Positions 1-11,957 of a stretch of 64,000 nucleotides of DNA are shown one piece after another. Position numbers and translations under genes: made by a program. The notes under the pieces were generated by a model. It saw only the letters and a program-made list of their open reading frames with translations. It was not told the DNA's origin and ran no database searches. The stretch lies in the NCBI RefSeq assembly GCF_018350175.1, contig NC_058368.1, positions 37,636,001-37,700,000 of the forward strand. Reading direction: 5' to 3'. The DNA is from Felis catus (Eukaryota). Position 1 is the first letter of the stretch. Each line of letters begins with the position of its first letter.

Positions 1-114
1 TGTATTTCCGCCACAGTGTATATATTTTCTTCATAGGGTTTTTTAAATAAATTATATATAATAACTTTATTAAATAACAGAATTTAGAATCCTGTTTTTT
101 TGTGGTCAGCATTT

Positions 115-661
115 TATTTTTATTTTTATTTTTTCCCTCCCCTCCCTCCCACCCCCCATCAACCCTCAGTTTGTTCTCGGTTTTTAAGAGTCTCTTATGC
201 TTTGGCTCTCTCCCACTCTAACCTCTTTTTTTTTCCTTCCCCTCCCCCATGGGTTTCTACTAAGTTTCTCAGGATCCACATAAGAGTGAAAACATATGGT
301 ATCTGTCTTTCTCTGTATGACTTATTTCACTTAGCATTACACTCTCCAGTTCCATCCACGTTGCTACAAAGGGCCATATTTCATTCTTTCTCATTGCCAC
401 GTAGTACTCCATTGTGTATATAAGCCACAATTTCTGTATCCGTTCATCAGTTGATGGACATTTAGGCTCTTTCCACAATTTGGCTATTGTTGAGAGTGCT
501 GCTATCAACATTGGGGTACAAGTGCCCCTATGCATCAGTACTCCTGTATCCCTTGGGTAAATTCCTAGTAGTGCTATTGCTGGGGCACAGGGTAGGTCTA
601 TTTTTAATTTTTTGAGGAACCTCCACACTGTTTTCCAGAGTGGCTGCACCAGTTTGCATTC
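115..661 (-). mobile_element. 5'-truncated young felid LINE-1 (ORF2 C-terminus plus partial 3'UTR)
   Basis: ORF 269-691(-) encodes the L1 ORF2 C-terminus ([24 protein letters not shown]...HMFSLLCGS). Perfect 14-bp TSD tgtggtcagcattt at 101-114 and 662-675. Near-identical to 16660-17190. Confidence 0.95.
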
Positions 662-1449
662 TGTGGTCAGCATTTCAAACCCAGTGCCCACTGCACTGCT
701 TCACAGGTTCTATTTAGAAAATACATGATCTTGAATCATTTAACTTACTAGTAAAATATTTATATCCAAGTTTCTGATTTATAGGGCTAACGTCATAATA
801 GATAAGGTCAGTGGATTAGCATACTTTAAAAATTCCAATAATATGCAATATAGAAAATGGATGATAAAGGATGACTTCCACTGCATCCAGAACATTCCAG
901 CTGAACATGATTGAAATCTATTATTTCACTTCTGAAATAATAAAATAAAATTTTTCCAAACACCAATCAGAAGAGAGGAACACAATAGGTACAAAATTAC
1001 AGTGAACTAATGAAAGACCTGTGAAATGTTAAAATAATTCTTTTGTGCCTTGTTATCCACTGTGTCCCATGGATAGAATTAAATATTTTGTCGGGTTTCT
1101 CTTTCTGCATAACAAACTACCAAAACTTTACACGTTAAAATGGCACTCGTTTTTAATCTTAAAGTTTCATAGGTCTGAAGTCCAGGTGGACCTGACTGGT
1201 TTCTCCACTTAGGATCTCACAGAGTTGAAATCGATGTGTCAGCAAGGCTAGGCTCACATATGGAGGTTCTGGAGAAGAATCCATTTCCAAGAATTCACTT
1301 TATTCAGGTTTTTTCACTTCCCGGAAGTTGTGGGACTACTAATTGCATTTCTTTGCTGGCTTTCTCAAGGGGTTGCTTTTGGTACTTAGAGGCCATTCTT
1401 CTGCTCTTGTATGCAACTTCTCCCATCCTTTTTTTAAAATGGTATTTTT

Positions 1450-1670
1450 GGGGGCACCTGGGTGGCTCAGTCAGTTAAGCATCTGACTTCAGCTCAAGTC
1501 ATGATCTCACAGCTTGTGAGTTCAAGCCCCATGAAGGGGTCTGTGCTGACAGCTCAGAGCCTGGAGCCTGTTTCAGATTCTGTAGCTCCCTTTCTCTCTC
1601 TCTGCCCCTCCCCTGCACTCTCTCTCTCTCTCTCTTAAATAAATAGTAAAACATTAAAAAAAATGTTTTT
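1450..1670 (+). mobile_element. CAN-SINE
   Basis: ggggcacctgggtggctcagtc head, (CT)n, A-rich tail. TSD aaatg(g/a)tatttttgg at 1437-1451 and 1671-1685. Confidence 0.92.
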
Positions 1671-1689
1671 AAATGATATTTTTGGTACA

Positions 1690-2083
1690 TTTTGATGATG
1701 ATGATGATTCCAGTATAGTTAACGTACAGTGTTATATGTATATATATATGTATACATGTAATATATACAGTATATATAATGTATATTTTTGTATATATAA
1801 TGTATATATGTAATGTATATATAATGTATTATATACAAAATATATAAGTATATATAATATATATTAATATATTATATAATATTAATATATATTGTATATA
1901 TAATAACATATATATATAATGATTCACCAATTCTAGACATTATTTAGTGCTCATCACAATAAGTGTACCCTTAATCCCCTTCACTATTTCATCCATCCCT
2001 TAATTCACCTCCCCCTTGGCAACCACCAGTTTGTTCTCCATATTTAAGTGTCTGGTTTTTTGTTTGTTTCTTTGTTTCTTTGT
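1690..2083 (-). mobile_element. Older carnivore L1 3' end with internal AT-rich microsatellite (about 1733-1920)
   Basis: Reverse complement resembles the L1 3'UTR at about 34060-34265 (gatgagcact, actggaat). Confidence 0.75.
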
Positions 2084-2794
2084 CCAGCCCTTCCATCTTC
2101 AAAGCCAGCAACAGCATATTGGATCCCTCCTTATTTGTGTGTCTCTGACTTCTCTTGCTGCAACATGGAGAAAACTCAGCTTGTAAAGGCCCATGTGGTT
2201 ATATTAGGCCCATACAGATAATCTCTCAAACAAATACCTACTTGGTAACCTTAATTATATTGGCAAAATTTCTTCACCATAGTGTCTATATTAGTGTTTG
2301 AATAACCAGGGGCCAGGAATCTTAAGTGACCATTTTATAATTCTGACTACCACAGATATATATTCTTCCAGTTATATATTTATTTTAAACCCAGTGGTTA
2401 TACTTGAACAGAGAGAGAGGTGGCTTTAGTGGTTTTGAATTGATTAGAAGATGAAGGCAGATGCAAGGCATCCATAAGTATATAAACCTAAAGCAGTTTT
2501 GGTGACATTCTTGGTTGAATTCTCCATGGAATTAGTAGTCTGGATGAAATAATTGCTTATATTTTGAAGTATTTAAAATACATTAATGTTGATAAGTGCT
2601 ATGAATCTTAGAAAATATACTGATTATTCATTCATAAGCACGGATATCCAAAGCTATGCAGAGTAAAGGTTAAAGGATGAAACTGTTTGCTTCACGCAGT
2701 CCCTAAAAGTTATAACCTGGAGGAAAAGGGAACTATCTGGGAAATAATAATTTGGCAAAATTTTAGTACTTCTGATTTAGTACTGGAAAATATT

Positions 2795-3402
2795 TTTTTC
2801 TTCTTTTATTTAAGAATAATTGACATATAATATTCTTCTAATCTCAGATGTACATTATAGTATTTCAATATTTCTATCCACTATAAAATGATCCCCATGT
2901 CTAGTTACCATCTGTCACCATACAAAATTATCACAGCATTATCCACTATATTCCCTATGCTGTACATTATATCCCCATAACTTAATTATTTTACATCTGA
3001 AAGTTTGTACTTTTTAATTGCCTTCATCTATTTGCCCACTTCTAAAACCCTCCCCGTTCTGATCACCAACAGTTTGTTTCCTATGTTTAGGAGTCTGCTT
3101 CCATTTTGTTTGTTTGTTCATTTTGTTTTTTAGATTCCACATGTAAGTGAATTCATACAGTATTTGTCTGTCTTTGTTTGACTTATGTCACTTGGTGCGT
3201 AATACTCTCTACCCATGTTATCTCAATGACAAGATTTCATTCTTTTTTTTTTATATATAGCTGAGTTGTATTCCATTGTTTATATGTACGGCATCTTCTT
3301 TATCCATTCATCCTCTGATGGATAAATGGCAGCACCTGGGCTGCTTCCATATCTTGGCTATTGTAAACAATGGTGTAGTGAACACAGGGTGCATATCTCT
3401 TC
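2795..3402 (-). mobile_element. Old L1 (L1MA-like) 3' fragment
   Basis: Antisense L1 3'-end motifs tagattccacatgtaagtga, tatccattcatcc and gcttccatatcttggctattgtaaa. Confidence 0.8.
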
Positions 3403-4497
3403 AACTACTGATCAGTTTAACACATCTTAGTTGTCACGTTCATGGTATATTTCAATACAACTTGTAAACTTCGGGTTTCACTAAGAAGGTTGCATAGGAA
3501 TTTATATAAATCATGAAGTAATAAATTATGGAAACTATTTCTTGTAGATTATATTTCAAAGCTGATGAAAATATCTATGTTTTGCAAATGGCTTGTTTGG
3601 CCATGTTTTGTGTATGGTATTTCAGAAAGCAGTGGAATCACTATAATTTTAAGAAAGCTACTTAACATGGCCTTTCAAGAAAGGAGATACATTTACCCAG
3701 ACTGACAGATCTAAAATGACCTTTAAAAATGACTTTTTCGAACTAGAATTTATAGGGATGATAATGGCATGACATTTTATTGGCAACACAGTGTTGGAGG
3801 AAAAGAACATAAGTATAAACTATGATGCACATTTAATTAGTAGATGGAGGTGAAGAAAAAGTAATGAATGCAGGCACACACAAATGCTCGACAGGATTTC
3901 TGTTGACTATTGTTAAATATTTGAACTTAGCAATGTTGTTGTTAGAGGAACAGAATCACAGGATGATAATAATGTATTTATCTGAGCTTGTCCTTATACA
4001 TTTTTATATAACCATTTAAAGATATGTTACTTCTGTAAATAAAAACAACAGAAAAGAAGAAAACATGGTTACGTATCATAGAACTGATGGTGAAATGCAT
4101 TTACTGTTATAGTTCCAGATTTTGATCAAGTGGGAACTTGGTAGAGAAACTGCTCTCAGGAATTAGACAACATGTGTTCAACTATGGATTCTGCTGCTTA
4201 CAAACCATTTAACACTGAGAAACCTGTGAAACCTTTTTCTTCATTTGACAGTGTAAGAGTTTCTGTAGGAGTTAATAAAATATTTTTAATAGTGCCTTAT
4301 AATGCTTAAAAGGCACTCAATAAATATGAAGAATATTATTACTAACAATTCAATTTAGGGGCAGTAGAAAACTTAGTACAGTCTTTCAGAGACACGTATT
4401 TTATTTTTTTTTTATTGAAAAGTTGGCCTAATAGTGGGTTGTATATGTCTGGTTAGAATATATAAATTTATGAAAAAAATTAAGAAAAACAAAGCAA

Positions 4498-4685
4498 GGG
4501 GGCACCTGGGGGGCTCAGTCGGTTGAGCATCCAACTTTGGCTCATGTCATGATCTCACTGTCCTTGAGTTTGAGCTCTGCATCCGCCTGTTTCAGATTCT
4601 GTGTCTCCCTCTCTCTCTGCCCCTCCCCTACTCATGCTCTGTCTCTCTGTCAAAAATAAATAAACATTAAAAAATTTTTAAAAAG
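4498..4685 (+). mobile_element. CAN-SINE with internal deletion
   Basis: SINE head, (CT)n and tail present. About 30 nt of the ctgtgctgacagctcagagcc segment is missing. Confidence 0.88.
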
Positions 4686-5309
4686 AAAAATGAAAAACCT
4701 GTCACTCTCTCCACAAGAAGTAAAACTAAATAAAAAAAAAATCAAATCTTTGAAACTCAAGAGAGAACATAAATTTCAAAGTATCCCAAATAGAACTCAA
4801 GACATAAGAGATTTCCAGCTGTTATTTTACTGGCAAAGCAAGAAGAAGAGGAATCTGCTATAGATGAGAGAAAGGAAAATAAAACAATAGTTTAACATTC
4901 CACAAACATTTAGAAGTTTCATGTAGGCTATCATGATGGATTAGAATCCAGAAAGTCCAGTCACAGAAAGACTTCACAACTAATCGCCACCTCCTTTTTA
5001 GGGGTATTTTTCAAGTACCTGCGAGTAGTATGCAGAAAACAGAAAAAGCTGGGTGATGCAGAAAGAAACAAAGTTAGGAGAAAAAAACGTAACTCCCCAG
5101 TGACTCTTCAATTCACCCCCCACCCAGACACGACTTGGGGCATAAAACAGGAAGATTGTTCAGTGTCTGGAAAACTGGGGTATAAAGCACAAAAAGCTCT
5201 CACCATTGCTTAAATCTCAAGGACCGCTAAAGGGAAAGACGAAGCTAGTCTAAAAGATTTATACCGAACAGACACAGGAGGGTACACAAGAAGGAAAGAA
5301 GGTAACTAG

Positions 5310-5629
5310 GGGTCATTCTTAATTCTCAGAAGCCACTCTCATTCCTTGGCTAGTGGCTCCCTCCATCTTCAAGTCAGCAACTGAACAAAGAATCCTTCTC
5401 ATACTGTAAATCTTAAACCTTGTGTTCTGCTACTTGCCAGAAAAAATCACTATATTTTTGAAAGGGCTTACCTGATGAGATAAGCGCATAGGAGACAATC
5501 TTCCCATTTTAGAGTCCAAAGATAAGGGACCTTAATTATATCTGCAAAATTTCTTTTGCAAAGTAAACAATCCCAGGTGTAACGGATGTGGAGCTGATGG
5601 GAGCCATCTTAGAATTCTACCTTCCACAG
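5310..5629 (-). mobile_element. MLT1-type MaLR LTR fragment
   Basis: ctccatcttcaagtcagcaa and gaccttaattatatctgcaaaat; ends agaattctaccttccacag. Confidence 0.7.
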
Positions 5630-6250
5630 CCAGGCACTTACTTCAGATATATGCTTTCATTAATCTTAAAAGTAATTTGGTACAACTGATATAACTACAG
5701 TTTTAAAACTTCAAGGAAATGGATTGTAAGAAAGAAAAGGATGATCTTGGCAGAGGATTCTTTCCGCTACCCATGTCCCTAGCCCAAGGTCATCTAGAAC
5801 AGACTCAACCTCACTGATATCTTCATTTTAACAGAGACTCCATTTGAGGTATATTCAACTTCTTCCCCATGGGACTGTGAGCTAATAAATGGAGTTGTTT
5901 TAAAACACTATCTTTGTGTTCATTAGTTACATACATAGCAATAGAAAGATAAAAAAAAAGTGCCCTGCTAACTAAAAAGTGTTCCACAAATGAGTAAAGT
6001 ATTGTAGTTTTTGAACTTTTAGTGGAGGAAGACAAGTAGAGTAAAATCTTGTGAGCATAATTCCTTCTGGAAACATGCTTGTAATCCAAAGCACTTGTAT
6101 AATCAAAGTGAATTTCCTTCCCCTTAAGAAATAATGGAAACTCAGATTATTCGTTCCACAATCCCAAATATTCACATAAAAATGATTACAATACTGTCAT
6201 ATAATACATACAAAATATAAAGAAAAATACACCAATTAACCTGCACTTAC

Positions 6251-6268
6251 CTTTGAAAACCTTCATGG
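6251..6268 (-). CDS. Candidate 18-nt microexon (or short ATG-containing first-exon end) of an unidentified minus-strand gene
   Basis: Minus strand reads ttctcctctctcttgtctctgccacaccag|CCATGAAGGTTTTCAAAG|gtaagtgcag: strong acceptor, consensus donor, non-repetitive context. Open in phase 1 (xMKVFK) and phase 2 (HEGFQ). Confidence 0.5.
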
Positions 6269-6562
6269 CTGGTGTGGCAGAGACAAGAGAGAGGAGAACT
6301 ATAGTGTAGGACAACTTTCACTATCAGTAATCGAATCACTGCAATCTATTGGCTCAATGGAAACTTTTTTTTCTTGCACCTTGAACAAGCAACCTATCCA
6401 ATGACACTTGCTTTGCCTTCTTTTGAGGATTTTGGGGAAAGGTGACATTGCATTGTGGTTAAGCAGATTCATCACTTGCACTGTTATACAGCCTTATTCG
6501 GGTGGTGTTTTCTACAAAATTTTGCAGTTTCCCACATTTTACACATCTCCCTAATCTCATTT

Positions 6563-6771
6563 TTTTTTTCAAGGTTTATTTATTTTTGGGACAGAGAGAG
6601 ACAGAGCATGAACGGGGGAGGGGCAGAGAGAGAGGGAGACACAGAATCGGAAACAGGCTCCAGGCTCTGAGCCATCAGCCCAGAGCCTGACGCGGGGCTC
6701 GAACTCACGGACCGCGAGATCGTGACCTGGCTGAAGTCAGACGCTTAACCGACTGCGCCACCCAGGCGCCC
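6563..6771 (-). mobile_element. Young felid CAN-SINE
   Basis: CpGs largely intact. Perfect TSD ccctaatctcattt at 6549-6562 and 6772-6785. Confidence 0.97.
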
Positions 6772-7299
6772 CCCTAATCTCATTTGAAGTGAAGGATTCC
6801 TCTGACTTTTTCTCCACCTCCTCCACAGACGAGATACAGATATAGGTTTCTTATAAAATACTGCACTTTTGGCCACTCGCACACCTCATCTGTACTTCTC
6901 GATGATTTCCTTCTTAACTTCCACTGTAATCATCTTCTTATTGCCTTTCTTTTCACCCTTTTTCTGCATGGTGGCCATTGTATACACTTGCATGGATGTT
7001 GACTACAGTATAATATTAATAAACTCTTGTCATATGCTGTATTTAATGTAACTGGAAATAAGACAGCAGAGGAAAGGGTCTATATCTGCAGGCAGCCTGA
7101 CCTAGAATGAAGCAGAACATTCCTAAGCTTACTCTTGAATGAAAAAGCAAAAGATGGTCCGTGACTAAAAAAGTGACTAAAAATATCATAGCACCAGTTG
7201 TGGGCACCTTCCAGCATTCTGAAAAAATCACTGGTTTCTACTAAACACTGCAGCCTGAGACTGAGTATCCAGAGCATGATAATCTCCCACAATCCTGCA

Positions 7300-7358
7300 G
7301 AGAGGAGAGGGAGAGGGAGAGGGAGAGGGAGAGGGAGAGAGAGAGAGAGAGAGAGAAG
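7300..7358. repeat. (GAGAGG)n/(GA)n polypurine repeat
   Basis: Direct reading. Confidence 0.9.
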
Positions 7359-7450
7359 AACCATAGGCTCAGCTGTGATCATGTGACATTTGGTGTCACA
7401 TATTACTCAAATTGCAAGACATCACTTGATTATCAAATTAAAATTTATCG

Positions 7451-7672
7451 CGGGGCGCCTGGGTGGCGCAGTCGGTTAAGCGTCCGACTTCAGCCAGGTC
7501 ACAATCTCGGGGTCCGGGAGTTCGAGCCCCGCGTCAGGCTCTGGGCTGATGGCTCAGAGCCTGGAGCCTGTTTCTGATTCTGTGTCTCCCTCTCTCTCTG
7601 CCCCTCCCCCGTTCATGCTCTGTCTCTCTCTGTCCCAAAAATAAATAAACGTTGGAAAAAAAATTTAAAAAA
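7451..7672 (+). mobile_element. Young felid CAN-SINE
   Basis: TSD aaattaaaatttatcg at 7435-7450 and 7673-7688. Confidence 0.97.
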
Positions 7673-7795
7673 AAATTAAAATTTATCGGAAATATTTACT
7701 CTTCTTGTGGAAGACTCACAGAACAAGTCACTCGTAATCCAAGGTTTTGCTGTATTTTCTTTACACACAATGGAATTTTAAAAATTAAATCATTC

Positions 7796-8020
7796 AGGGT
7801 GCATGGGTAGCTTAGTTGGTTAAGTGTCCAACTCTTGATTTCAGCTCAGCTCATAGTTCGTGGGATCTAACCCCATGTCGGGTTCTGTGCTGTCAACACA
7901 GAGTCTGTTTGGGATTCTCTTTCTCCCTCTCTTTCTCTCTGCTCCTCCCTCACTCATGCGCGCGCGCTCTCTCTCTCTCTCTCTCTCTTTCAAAATAAAT
8001 AAACTTGAAAAATAAAGGAA
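7796..8020 (+). mobile_element. Older CAN-SINE
   Basis: Diverged head, (CT)n, aaaataaataaac tail. Confidence 0.88.
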
Positions 8021-9714
8021 ATTATTCATTTTTTATTATTTAAATTATATTACTTTGATACCAGGAGCTTTGTAGGTTTTTTTTGTTTTGTTTCTTTTTT
8101 GTTTTTATTGTGCTGTAGTTCATAGAGTTAAAATTAGTCCCTTATATAACACAGTCTTACAAGTTTTGACAAACACATACTGCCATGTCACCACCACCAC
8201 CACAATGAAGATCTAGAACAGTTCCATTACCTCAAAAAGTTCTCTGGGGTTGTTTTTATTCACCACTTTCCCCTAGTTCCAGACCCTGGAAATTATTGAT
8301 CTGTTCCCTGTTCCTCTAGTTTTACTTTTCCAGAATGACAGATAAATGGAATCGTGCATTATAAAGCCTATTGAGTCTAGCTTCTTTCAATTAGCAGTAT
8401 GCATTTGAGATCAATCCATATTGTTCTGTGTATTACTGGTTCATTGGGTTTATTGCTGAATCATATTCTATTGTCTGGATATACCAGGTTTTTTATCCAT
8501 TCATCAGCTGAAGGACATTTGGGTTATTTCTGTTTTTAGTGATCATGAATAAAGGTGCTATAAACATTTTTGTATGGGTTTTTATGTGTAATTAAGTTTT
8601 CATTTCTCATGGCCAAATACATGCAAATGCGATTGCTGAGATGTATGGTAAGAGGATGTTTGTGAGAAACTGGCAAACTGGGTTACAAAATGGCTGTGTG
8701 ATTTTGCAGTCTCAATAGGAATGTAGAAGTCTTGTTGCTGTGGATCTTCATCAGTACTTTGCCCATTCATTCAACACTTGCTTATTTTAAAACTGTTTTA
8801 TTGCTGAGTATTGAGAGTCCCTTGTATATTAAAGGTCTAGGTCCATTGTAGATATCCTATTCTCAACTAGTCTCTGGCTTGTCTTTTCATTTTTTAACAG
8901 TGTATTTCATAGATCGTAACTTTTAAATTTTGATGAAATCATTTATCTTATTTTTTTCTTTTATGGAAGTGTACTCTTGTTGTACCTAAGATATCTTTGC
9001 TTATACCAAAGTCTAAAAACTCTCTCCTGTATTTTCTCCTATAAGGTTTACAGTTTTAGAATTTAGATTTAGATCTATGATCCATTTGAGTTACTTTTTG
9101 TACTTTTGTACATCATATGATGTATGAATCAAAGTTCAATATCCAATTGATCAAGCACTATGTGTTGAAGGGGCTGCTATTTCTCTATTGACTTGCCTTT
9201 GCATCTTTTGTAAGTCAGTTGATCATGTGTATCCAGGTCAATTCCTGGAAACTCTAGTATTCCATTAGTCCCTGTGTCTATCTCTTGTGAACACTGCCCT
9301 GTCAGGATTAGTGTACCTCTATGTTAATTCTTGAAGACAGGTAGTGAGTGTTCTTTAACTTTGCTCTTTTTGGAAACTGTTTTAGCTACTCTATTTATTT
9401 TACCTTCCCATGGAAATCTTGGACTCCACTTATGACGATCTATACAAAAAATGCTGCCAGTTATGCTGATGGAATTTAGTTAGGTATATTTTAATTTGTT
9501 TCCTCATGGCTTTGTAGTTTTCAGCATACATATTTTGCACTTATTATTAGATATATAACAATATATTTTGATTTTGATGCTATTGTAAATGATACTTTTT
9601 ACCTGTCACTTTCCAATCATTTATTTATGGTATATAGAAATAAAATTAACTTTTTTATATTGATCTTATATCTTTCAACTTTGTTAAATTGATTTATCAG
9701 TTCGGGCTTGTTGG

Positions 9715-9942
9715 GTGTTTTTTTTGTATGTTTATTTTTTTAAGTTTATTTATTTATTTTGAGAGAGAGAGAGCAAGTGCATGCAGGGAAGGAGAAGAGA
9801 GAGAGGGAGAGAGAGACAGAGAGAATCCCAAGCACGCTCCTCACCGTTAGCACAGAGATCCACGGGAGGCTTGAATTCACAAATCATGAGATCATGACCT
9901 GAACCAAAGTTGTACACCTAACTGAACCACCCAGGCACCCCT
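9715..9942 (-). mobile_element. CAN-SINE
   Basis: T-tail, (AG)n, gagatcatgacctga, cccaggcacccc. Confidence 0.9.
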
Positions 9943-10056
9943 AGTTCAGGAGTTTTTAAGCATTCTTAAGATTCCTTTAGATTTTCTTCATAGATATTTA
10001 TGTCATAGGAGGATAGAGACACTTTTTTCACTTTCAACCTCTTTGCCTAACCTAAT

Positions 10057-10150
10057 TCTTCTCTTTCTTTCTTTGTTTCTTTCTCTCTTTCTTTCCTACT
10101 TCTCCCCTTCCCCCTTCCCCTCTCCTTCTCCCTCTTTCTTCTTCCCTTCC

Positions 10151-10182
<32 letters not shown>

Positions 10183-10410
10183 TTTCTTTCTTTCCTTCCT
10201 TCCTTCCTTCCTACCTTCCTTCCTTCCTTCCTTCTTCTCCTCCCCTTCCCCTCCCCCTGTCTTTGTCTCTTGTCTCTTCTTCCCTTCCTCCTTCTCTCTC
10301 TCTTGTTCCTCCTTCCTTCCTTCCTTCTTTCCTTCCTTCCTTCCTTCCTTCCTTCCTTCCTTCCTTCCTTCCTTCTCTTCCCTTCCCTTTCCTTCCTCTT
10401 TCTTTTCCCT
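10057..10410. repeat. About 350-bp polypyrimidine (CTTT)n/(CCTT)n low-complexity tract
   Basis: Direct reading; almost purely C/T. Confidence 0.95.
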
Positions 10411-10433
10411 AATTATACCACCTGAGATTTTTA

Positions 10434-10661
10434 TTTTATTTTTTTATTTTTTTTCTCAACATTTATTTATTTTTTGGGGAGAGAGAGAGACAGAGCATGA
10501 ACGGGGGAGGGGCAGAGAGAGAGGGAGACACAGAATCGGAAACAGGCTCCAGGCTCCAAGCCATCAGCCCAGAGCCTGACACGGGGCTCGAACTCACGGA
10601 CCGCGAGATCGTGACCTGGCTGAAGTCGGACGCTTAACCGACTGCGCCACCCAGGCGCCTC
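10434..10661 (-). mobile_element. Young felid CAN-SINE
   Basis: TSD acctgagattttta at 10420-10433 and 10663-10676. Confidence 0.96.
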
Positions 10662-10957
10662 AACCTGAGATTTTTAGTACAATGTTGAGTAGGAATGGTA
10701 GGAGTGGACACCATTGTTTGTTTCTGATTTTAGTGGTAAAACATTCCGTTTTTCACTATTACATATGATGTGAGCAGTAAGATTTTTGCAAATGCTTTTT
10801 TATAAGATTTCATATTTGATGTTATTCCTAGTTTGATGAGAGTGTTTATCATGTATTGCTGCTGAATTTTGTGAAATGCTTTTACTTCATTTATTGAAAT
10901 GATCATATGGTTTTATTTTTTAGTCTCTGCTTACTGATTTCTTAGATTGATGTTTTT

Positions 10958-11177
10958 TTTTTTTTTTTTTTTTTTCAACGTTTATTTATTTTGGGGACAG
11001 AGAGAGACAGAGCATGAACGGGGGAGGGGCAGAGAGAGAGGGAGACACAGAATCGGAAACAGGCTCTAGGCTCTGAGCCATCACCCAGAGCCTGACGCTG
11101 GGCTCGAACTCACGGACCGCGAGATCGTGACCTGGCTGAAGTCAGACGCTTAACCGACTGCGCCACCCAGGCGCCCC
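10958..11177 (-). mobile_element. Young felid CAN-SINE
   Basis: Pure poly-T tail. TSD agattgatgttttt at 10944-10957 and 11178-11191. Confidence 0.97.
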
Positions 11178-11890
11178 AGATTGATGTTTTTAATGGGGAA
11201 CCCTCTTGGCATTCCTGATACACCTTACTTTGTAGTGATGCAATACCCTTATACACTTTGCTGGATTTAATTTGGTAATGTTTTATGGAGAATGTTTGTG
11301 TTTCGGTTTATGAAACCTATTGATCTATAGTTAACCATTCTTATAATGTCTTTGATATTTGTGTCACAGTAATTCTGACTTCATAAAATGAGTTTGGATA
11401 TGTTCTCTTTTATTTGCTTCCTTGAAGCAATTTTGTGAATTTGATATTATTTCTTTCTTAAATGCTTGGGAGAATTCCTAGTGAAATGACTTGGGCCTTT
11501 AGTTTCCTTCTTTGGAAGGATTTAGCTGCAAGCTTTATTTTATTAAGTGATTTAGAGATATTCAGTTTATCTTTTTTTTAGTTAACTTTGGAAATTTATT
11601 TCATGGAATTGGTCCATTTAATCTAAGTTTTCAAAATTATGGGCCTAATTTTTTTTCAAAATATTTTTTATTATTTAATAAGCTGAGTTTCATAAAGATC
11701 AAAAGGAGTTTCTTTCTTGATATTGGACATGTATTTTCTCTTGTATCTTAGCAACTTTACCTAGAGAATTACCAATTTTATTGATTTTTTTGTCAGAGAA
11801 CCACCTTTAATTCTCATTGTCAGAGTTGATTTCTCTTTTTAATTTCATCAATTTCTGGTCTAATCTTTATGCCTTTTTTTTTCCAAATGC

Positions 11891-11913
11891 TTTTTTTTAA
11901 GTTTATTTATTTT

Positions 11914-11957
<44 letters not shown>

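Larger units (their letters stand above)
1092..2355 (-). mobile_element. MLT1-type MaLR LTR split by a SINE and an L1 3' fragment (about 1092-1430 and 2085-2355)
   Basis: MLT1-like motifs gcataacaaactacc, ccatcttcaaagccagcaa, ccttaattatattggcaaaat and ttctgactaccaca. Confidence 0.7.
8075..11885 (-). mobile_element. Ancient L1 (L1MB/MC-like), interrupted by SINEs and a pyrimidine tract
   Basis: Continuous degenerate antisense L1 3'UTR/ORF2 motifs (ttatccattcatcagctgaaggacatttgg; agatctatgatccatttgag; tacaatgttgagtaggaatggtagg). Confidence 0.75.

Noticed and set aside
6251..6266. MKVFK resembles the PLAC1 N-terminus
   Set aside because: The match is only 5 aa and is followed by a splice donor. 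The PLAC1 CDS is, as I recall, within a single exon, and no downstream similarity is seen.
10043..10579. 178-aa F/L/P/S-rich ORF
   Set aside because: It is a translation of a pyrimidine tract plus an antisense SINE.
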